This document shows positions 49,657 through 64,000 of a stretch of 64,000 nt of DNA, one piece after another (within the stretch, counting starts at the first letter, position 1; each line of letters begins with the position of its first letter). The position numbers and the translations under genes were made by a program. The notes under the pieces are model-generated. The model was not told the origin of the DNA. It saw only the letters and a list, made by a program, of their open reading frames with translations, and made no database searches. Origin of the DNA: Macrostomum lignano (Eukaryota); NCBI GenBank assembly GCA_002269645.1, contig NIVC01001022.1, positions 62,001 through 126,000 of the forward strand. The letters are read 5' to 3'.

Positions 49657-51223
49657 ATGTCGGCCTTTGAAGGACTGGAGCAGCTGAAGAAAAAGGTGCA
49701 AGCAATGAGAACTGAACTCGATCAGAAAAATGACGAGCTGGACGAGAAAAAAGCCAAGTTAAAGGTGAGCAATTAGATTTGAGCATCTAGTTCGCTTTTC
49801 TCAATCTCCAAGGCATCTCATAATTTACACTAGCTGCTAATGCATTTTTATTGCATCTCCTAATGCATCTTCTAATGCATCTTCTAATGCATCTTCTAAT
49901 GCATCTCTTTATGCATCTTCTAATGCATCTCCTAATGCACATCCTAATGCATCTCCTAATGCACATCCTAATGCATCTTCTAATGCATCTCCTAATGCAT
50001 CTTCTAATGCATCTCTTTATGCATCTTCTAATGCATCTCCTAATGCACATCCTAATGCATCTCCTAATGCACATCCTAATGCATCTTCTAATGCATCTCC
50101 TAATGCATCTTCTAATGCATCTCCTAATGCATCTTCTAATGCATCTCTTTATGCATCTTCTAATACATCTCCTAATGCATCTCCTAATGTACATTCCTAA
50201 CGCGTCTCCTTACGCATCTCCTAATGTATCTCTTTAAGTATCTTCTAATGTATTGCCTAATTTATCTTCTAATGGATCTTCCTATGCATCCCTTTGGTAT
50301 TTCATAATGTTTACTCCTAATGTATCTCCTAATGTATCTTCTTATAATGCACCCCATGACCGCTTTCAACTCGTCTGTGCCTTAGAGGTTGGAGCTGATG
50401 GCTGTGAAAATCGCGCGACAACCCCCGCTAACAAATTTTCGTGCACGTGAAATGAATGGAATGGAACCGGTGGTCGCTGAGAGAGAGAGAGAGCGAGTCA
50501 GACGCTTTTCGATTTTTCACAAATTTTCTTCGTTTATCACAATCTCCCAACTTTGATTTCCCCTCGCCACAGGAGGAGCGCCAAAAGTCCGCCGCATATC
50601 AATCCGATGTCGATGAGTTGCAGCGTCGGCTAACAAAGCTGGAGTCGGACAAAGCGACTGCTGAGGACCGTTTGGCAACCATCGAGAGCCGCCTCGCTGA
50701 AGAGTCGGCCAGAGCCGAAACTGCAGAACGACTGCGCCTCGACACGGAGAAGTCCGGAGTCGAACGCGAAGAACGCCAGGAGGAGTTGACCAAACGATTG
50801 AAAGAGTCGCGCAGTCGAGCCGAAGAAATCCAACGCAGCATCGACGAGTGGACGCGCAAGCTCAGAGCCGCCGAGAGCGCCCTGGATCGCGCCCTCGAGC
50901 TGGCATCCACAGCCGAGTCCGAAGCGGCAGATTTGGAGTCGGAGAACTCCGCTAGCATCCAGCAGCTGAGATCGTTGGAACAGCAGGAACGCGCTGCCAT
51001 GGAACGGGAGGACGAACTCGACCAGGAGGCCCATCGGCTCGAGCAGATTCTTGCTGAGACCGAGCAACGCTGCCAACTGGCTGAGAAGGAGTGCCTGAAG
51101 AAGAACAAAGAGATGGACAAAATACGCGACGAGATTGCCAGAGACCAGCAGCTGATCGACTCGCTCGAAGAGGAACTACGTCGAGGAGTGATGGAGATTC
51201 AGCTCAATCAGGAAGCTGGATAA
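49657..51223 (+). CDS. TPM: Divergent short-form tropomyosin-like coiled-coil protein, 252 aa; exons 49657-49764, 50573-51223
   Basis: MSAFEGLEQLKKKVQAMRTELD...LK|EERQKS...DVDELQRRLTKLESD..AEDRLA...E.TRKL..AE..L.RA.E.A..AES....LE.E.....QQLRSLE...E.E.ELD.E..RLE..L.ETE.R..LAEK aligns by eye along short non-muscle tropomyosins. Phase-0 GT-AG intron. Confidence 0.8.
49841..50345. repeat. 12-bp array TAATGCATCTCC/TAATGCATCTTC in the tropomyosin intron
   Basis: Direct periodicity, decaying on the right. Confidence 0.96.
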
Positions 51224-51488
51224 ATTTGCATAGTTCCGGTTGCCTAAGTGTGGGCATTAAATTAACTGCTTATAATTATTAATTATTTCTAGGAAAGTAT
51301 TGGCAAAAAAGCATTCATTCATCTGTGATAGGAATCTGTCAAATCATGCCATCGTCATTCAGCGATGTCACAGGCATAAAAATTCTTTCACAAAAAGTCA
51401 TTATATAGACCTTATAGAAATTTACTTATTCAGTTAAAGTTGATATTCAAACCGATGAAGTCGAGAATCTGCATTGTCTGCAGTAGGA

Positions 51489-51902
51489 CACTCGGCCACA
51501 CTCGGCCACACTCGGCCACACTCGGCCACACTCGGCCACACTCGGCTACACTTGGCCCCACTCGGCCAAACTTGGCCTCACCCGGCCACACTTGGCCACA
51601 CTCGGCCACACTCGGCCACACTTGGCTAAACTCGGCCACACCCAGCCATACTTGGCCAAACTCGGCCACACTCGGCCACACTCGGCCACACTTGGCTAAA
51701 CTCGGCCACACCCAGCCATACTTGGCCAAACTCGGCCACACTCGGCCACACTCGGCCACACTTGGCTAAACTCGGCCACACCCAGCCACACTTGGCCACA
51801 CTGGGCAACACTCGGCAATACTCGGCCACACTCAGCCACATTCGGCAACACTCGGCAACACTCGGCCACACTCGGCCAAACTCGGCCACACTCGGCCACA
51901 CT
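51489..51902. repeat. 10-bp array CTCGGCCACA
   Basis: About 41 units with repeated variant blocks. Confidence 0.97.
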
Positions 51903-52610
51903 CTTGTTTGGCTTTATTGTCTATGGCCGAGAGCAGTTCTGCAGCATATAGATGAAAACCCCGGGGTTAATACCATAGACTATGGCCCAGAGCAGCCCAG
52001 TCTGTGGCCCAAACCCCGGATTAACGAATTGGGATCGGATCCATTCGATCCGCTTTGATTATCAACTTCACTGACAAAAGCAATGCCAATTCAGATGCTT
52101 TTTGTTCCGAGTAATTGCAGCACCAACAAGTTTTGCCTAATACTACTAGAAATATCCAAGTACCCATTTCACAATTAAATGCTGTTTTGCTTGGAATGCT
52201 TTCAAACATTTTTTGACATTTCTGTGACACAAATTTTTTTTAGTATATCTATAGCAGCTTAGAGAATTTGACGCCACGAACTGAGTTCGTTCCATCTGGT
52301 ATGGAGAATTGTCGATATTTTCCAGTAAGTTGAACTGGATTGGATGGATCAAACCCAATTCAAGTGATATTTCCCAGTGACAATTCCTAATTCCTAACTA
52401 AAGACACGTGATGCTACCATTACAAATAAAATGCGTACTCTCGTAATCTGTTTTCATCAGCCTCATCAACTCATACAGTTGCTTTACTATAAAGCACTGA
52501 AATTATTATTGTTTGAAAGAACACAAAATATATATAAAGTATGCTTTACATGCTTGTCTCAAATACACATTAATTTCACTATGCTACCTATGTAATGTTA
52601 CTTGATTGGG

Positions 52611-53730
<1,120 letters not shown>

Positions 53731-54730
53731 TTGAAAATAACAAACATCTATTTGTTATTATTTCGGTGTCATTCTTGTAATAAGCTGCATGTAATTTTAT
53801 ATTTAGTTTGTACGAGCGTATCTCAAAAAACAGGTCACAACGTCACGAACGCAAAAGGTATAGAAGAGATTAAAATACAAGATGTATAAATATTGTTTGA
53901 AAAATGTTTTAAAGAAACATTTCGTCGCACGCACATGGATATCATTGACATTTGTCACTTAGCTGTGCAGGGATCAAAGAGAAAATGAGGTACGGGTACC
54001 ATATGACGCCTTTATTTTGATACAAGACACACTAAAACTATGCTAGATTAATATTACTGGGTTTAGGCTATTATATGTGCTACTATTTAGTACTATTGCT
54101 AGGTAGAGCATAAAAACGTATATGAAAATGATAAAAAACTATGTCCTAAAAAACTACTGAGAAAGTAGTATATAAATGTAGAAATGATTACCGCGTACAT
54201 TGGAGGTTGCAGAGGCTTATAATAGATATTTAAAATCGCTTTTCTTGATCCAAATTTTCAGTAGAACTGAGAACAGTGTAGCAATATTACTATAACTAAT
54301 GGTAAAGCAATTTGCGGTGGTTATAAATAGGAAACAATTGACAAAAGTACAGACATTTGCTACTTCAGCTGTAAGAGTATGTCAATTCTTTGAAAAATCG
54401 TTCAATTAAAAATCATATTTTGAACAGAGTTCAAGACGTTTGCCCCTAATATAAAAAGTTAGTACTCAAAACGACGCGGAGAAAAGTAAATAAAGTGGTG
54501 TTAAATAGGCATTTTAAATTTTGCAAGACTGCAACAAAACAAAAAAAAACTTTTGATAGGCAGTAAATTAGGTTACGAAATTAAAATATAAATAAGTTAA
54601 CTGCAAAAAAAACAATTGAGACCGTTATAATAATTTTGTTACATATTCTTAGGATTTTTTGAGAAGTTTTGTAGACTGTAAGCAGGAAATTTATTTGAAG
54701 AGGGGAACCCTTAAGAGCACCAATATTTGG

Positions 54731-55880
54731 TCTCTTGGTGGGCGTCACTGTCTCTTGGTGGGCGTCACTGTCTCTTGGTGGGCGTCACTGTCTCTTGGTG
54801 GGCGTCACTGTCTCTTGGTGGGCGTCACTGTCTCTTGGTGGGCGTCACTGTCTCTTGGTGGGCGTCACTGTATCTTGGTGGGCGTCACTGTCTCTTGGTG
54901 GGCGTCACTGTCTCTTGGTGGGCGTCACTGTCTCTTGGTGGGCGTCACTGTCTCTTGGTGGGCGTCACTGTCTCTTGGTGGGCGTCACTGTCTCTTGGTG
55001 GGCGTCACTGTCTCTTGGTGGGCGTCACTGTCTCTTGGTGGGCGCCCCCGTCTCTTGGTGGGCGCCCCTGTCTCTTGGTGGGCGCCCCTGTCTCTTGGTG
55101 GGTGCCCCTGTCTCTTGGTGGGCGCCCCTGTCTCTTGTGGGCGCGCCCCTGTCTCTTGGTGGGCGCCCCTGTCTCTTGGTGGGCGCCCCCGTCTCTTGGT
55201 GGGCGCCCCTGTCTCTTGGTGGGCGCCCCTGTCTCTTGGTGGGCGCCCCTGTCTCTTGGTGGGCGCCCCTGTCTCTTGGTGGGCGCCCCTGTCTCTTGGT
55301 GGGCGCCCCCGTCTCTTGGTGGGCGCCCCTGTCTCTTGGTGGGTGCCCCTGTCTCTTGGTGGGCGCCCCTGTCTCTTGGTGGGCGCCCCCGTCTCTTGGT
55401 GGGCGCCCCTGTCTCTTGGTGGGCGCCCCTGTCTCTTGGTGGGCGCCCCTGTCTCTTGGTGGGCGCCCCCGTCTCTTGGTGGGCGCCCCTGTCTCTTGGT
55501 GGGCGCCCCCGTCTCTTGGTGGGCGCCCCTGTCTCTTGTTGGGCGCCCCTGTCTCTTAGTGGGCGCCCCTGTCTCTTGGTGGGCGCCCCTGTCTCTTTGT
55601 GGGCGCCACTGCGCCCTGTCTCTTGGTGGGCGCCCCTGTCTCTTGGTGGGCGCCCCTGTCTCTTGGTGGGCGCCCCTGTCTCTTGTTGGGCGCCCCTGTC
55701 TCTTAGTGGGCGCCCCTGTCTCTTGGTGGGCGCCCCTGTCTCTTTGTGGGCGCCACTGCGCCCTGTCTCTTGGTGGGCGCCCCTGTCTCTTGGTGGGCGC
55801 CCCTGTCTCTTGGTGGGCGCCCCTGTCTCTTGGCAGATGCCCCTGTCACTTGGTGGGCGCCCCTGTCTCTTGGTCGGCGC
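54731..55880. repeat. 20-bp array CTGTCTCTTGGTGGGCGCCC / ...GGGCGTCA
   Basis: Two homogenised sub-blocks: GTCAC variant 54731-55030, GCCCC variant after. Confidence 0.97.
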
Positions 55881-56250
55881 CGCCTGTCTCCCAATCCGGG
55901 GAATACCAGCTCCAAGGTATCAAAGGAGTTGAGCTTGGTCTCACATTTTCACTTTGTTTTTTTGTAGAGGAGTTCATCTTGTGGTCGCGAATCACGGGGT
56001 AGCAAAAGTGATCTCACATCAAATTAAAGCAGAGCTTACTTGAATATAAAAAATGGTTAAAAATAGAACAGAATTTCGCAAGCATAATCGTAGCTACAAT
56101 GTAAATATAGTAGTCTTTGAAGTTGTAACCCTTTAGCTAAACCTAGGACTTTTGCGACTATGAAACATATACTTACTTTTGTACCTGTAGGTTACTGCTG
56201 TCTTTACCCTCCCCTTGTATTTAATGATTATTCTTTGAAAAATCAACTCC

Positions 56251-62108
<5,858 letters not shown>

Positions 62109-62407
62109 CTGTGTGAGAAGAAATTCAGAGGCATGAAATACGGTAGGCTGAAATACAGTGAAAGTGAATATACGACGTATAAATGCTTTGGAGATCAGAG
62201 AAGCCATATTTGTGAAGCTGTATTTGAGAAGCCATATTTGAGAAGCCATATTTGACATGCCATATTTGAGAAGCCATATTTGCGAAGCAGAGGTTATAAT
62301 AGAGGAGGGTGCAATAGAGGGCACCCTATTGCACGCGCAGAGGAGGGTACAGAGGAGGGTACAGATGAAGGTACAGAGGAGGGTACAGAGGAGGGTGCAG
62401 AGGAGGG

Positions 62408-64000
62408 TGTTTAGGAGATGGCTTACATGTACTTTTCATTCATCTACGCGTAACTTTCATATCAGAAATTTTTGGTATACGTACGTTTCAGCCCCAGCCC
62501 CCATTAATAATGTTCAGTAGCACCCACCCCATTTATTTAAAATTATTGCAATATATAGTTATCAGTCTCTCCAGAGAGAGTGCGCATGCTGGTTTGTTCG
62601 TTTGGCTAGTAGCCGTAAAGACGGTCTCTTACTGCGAAGGCTCAATTTATTGCATGAACCATCAAAACAGAGGGTAGCAGAGCGTGGTTACAATCGATCA
62701 ATGTCGGACGACGGAAACGAAGAGACTGCGGCGGCAGCTTTCGATGTGAGCAACCGGCTGGCTCAACTAAAGGCCACGAAGGCTATTGAGAAGTGTGCCT
62801 TCACGAAGCTGCGCAACAAACTTCTGAGGAACCTAAGCTCGGACGGAGCAGAGTTGGACGAGGCCGAGCGGCTTGCGGAGCAGCTCGATCAGAGCTACGA
62901 GAAGGTGAACGCCGTGATTCAAGAAGTTCTGCACGAGGTCGGAGGAAATCTGCCCGCGCAAATGCAAGCTGTCAAGGAACTGGAGACATTGGAAAGCAAT
63001 TTCGGTGAGGTAGTGAGTTTGATGACTGAGCTGAGGAAGAGGGTTTGGCAAGCGAAAGAAGAAACAGTGCACTTTGAGGAGAGAGAGATGAGGCAAAAGG
63101 AAGTTGAGGCGGAACGGAGTCAGCGGGCACAAGTCGGAGAGCGACAGAGAAAAATGCGAGAAGAATTTGAAGCTCAGCAGCGCGAGCTGGAGAAGGAGAT
63201 GGAAAGGTTGGCAGCTGTTGCAGGAGATGTTGAAGGTCATTCCGTAGGGCAACAACAAGCACAGCAAACGCAACAACAAGAGCCCAGTCGGTGCATCGCT
63301 TCGTTTGGCGGCTACCCAACTTTTGAGACCAGTGCAGGTTATAGGTCAGAGGGTTTTCAGCCGCGCACGGAGAGTTGGAGGTGTGAGGAGAGGCCAATCG
63401 ATAAAGTGGAGCAGCTACCCACCCCAACTGGAGCTGTGTACAATGCTAGCAAAGAGAGTGCCGATCTAGGCAGGGGTCCAGCGGCCCCCCAACCCCAAAT
63501 GGATTATTTAGCTGACCAATCATCGCGCGGACGGGCTAGTATGTACGGCCAAGAATTAACCGAGAGAGTTGGACAAGACATGTGGCGCCAGCTACAGCGA
63601 GTGTCAATTCCAGTGTTTAGCGGCGACAAAAGGCAGTACGAGGGTTGGAAAGCGGCATTTTATGCATGTGTGGACGCATCACCCTCCTCTAATGCTTACA
63701 AATTATTACAATTGCGTCAATCCCTGCAGGGAGAAGCTCTAAAACTAGTGGCCAATCTTGGCTACTCAGAGTTTGCGTACAGAGCAGCGCTTGAGCGGCT
63801 TGAACGGGAGTACGGGGGAGAGAGACGAAGACTGATGCTGGCACTGGAGGACTTGGATAGTTTCCAACCTATTCAGGTAGAGAATGCAGGTCAATTAAAA
63901 AAGCTGGCCGACTTGCTGGATGTTACAGTAGTTAATCTACAGGCTGCAGGGCGAGAGAGGGAGCTAAGTAACAATGGACTTATGTACTTGAGAGTTCAAA
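62408..64000 (+). mobile_element. Bel/Pao LTR retrotransposon, 5' part: candidate 5' LTR 62408-62669, PBS 62672-62689, gag ORF from 62701 open to the window end
   Basis: The LTR has TGTTT...AAACA termini. GGGTAGCAGAGCGTGGTT is complementary to an initiator-Met tRNA 3' end (1 mismatch). Confidence 0.88.
62701..64000 (+). CDS. Bel/Pao Gag polyprotein (DUF1759-like), partial; missed by the ORF track because it has no stop in the window
   Basis: MSDDGNEET...QLQRVSIPVFSGDKRQYEGWKAAFYACVD...KLLQLRQSLQGEALKLVANLGYSEFAYRAALERLEREYGG; 433 codons with no stop. Confidence 0.92.
   Translation, partial: MSDDGNEETAAAAFDVSNRLAQLKATKAIEKCAFTKLRNKLLRNLSSDGAELDEAERLAEQLDQSYEKVNAVIQEVLHEVGGNLPAQMQAVKELETLESNFGEVVSLMTELRKRVWQAKEETVHFEEREMRQKEVEAERSQRAQVGERQRKMREEFEAQQRELEKEMERLAAVAGDVEGHSVGQQQAQQTQQQEPSRCIASFGGYPTFETSAGYRSEGFQPRTESWRCEERPIDKVEQLPTPTGAVYNASKESADLGRGPAAPQPQMDYLADQSSRGRASMYGQELTERVGQDMWRQLQRVSIPVFSGDKRQYEGWKAAFYACVDASPSSNAYKLLQLRQSLQGEALKLVANLGYSEFAYRAALERLEREYGGERRRLMLALEDLDSFQPIQVENAGQLKKLADLLDVTVVNLQAAGRERELSNNGLMYLRVQ

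Overview
Eukaryotic, intron-rich genomic DNA from an invertebrate. GC-rich exons, AT-rich spacers and minisatellite-filled introns resemble a free-living flatworm such as Macrostomum (inference only). Reading splice sites and codon phase by hand gives nine protein-coding genes: a NAP1-family histone chaperone (-, runs off the left edge), a small putative neuropeptide precursor (-), a 2-TM PPxY protein (-), a secreted uncharacterised protein with a probable GC-AG intron (-), an orphan ORF (+), a complete 7-exon tubby/TULP gene (-), an orphan 3-exon gene (-), a divergent short tropomyosin (+) and the 3' half of an M1 aminopeptidase (-). Mobile DNA: the 5' end of a Bel/Pao LTR retrotransposon with LTR, PBS and open gag, plus RTE-like and Loa/I-like LINE fragments, a Crypton-like relic, a possible Penelope GIY-YIG relic, two tRNA-derived SINE families and several MITE/foldback structures. 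About 25 distinct tandem arrays account for most of the long low-complexity ORFs in the track, which are not genes.
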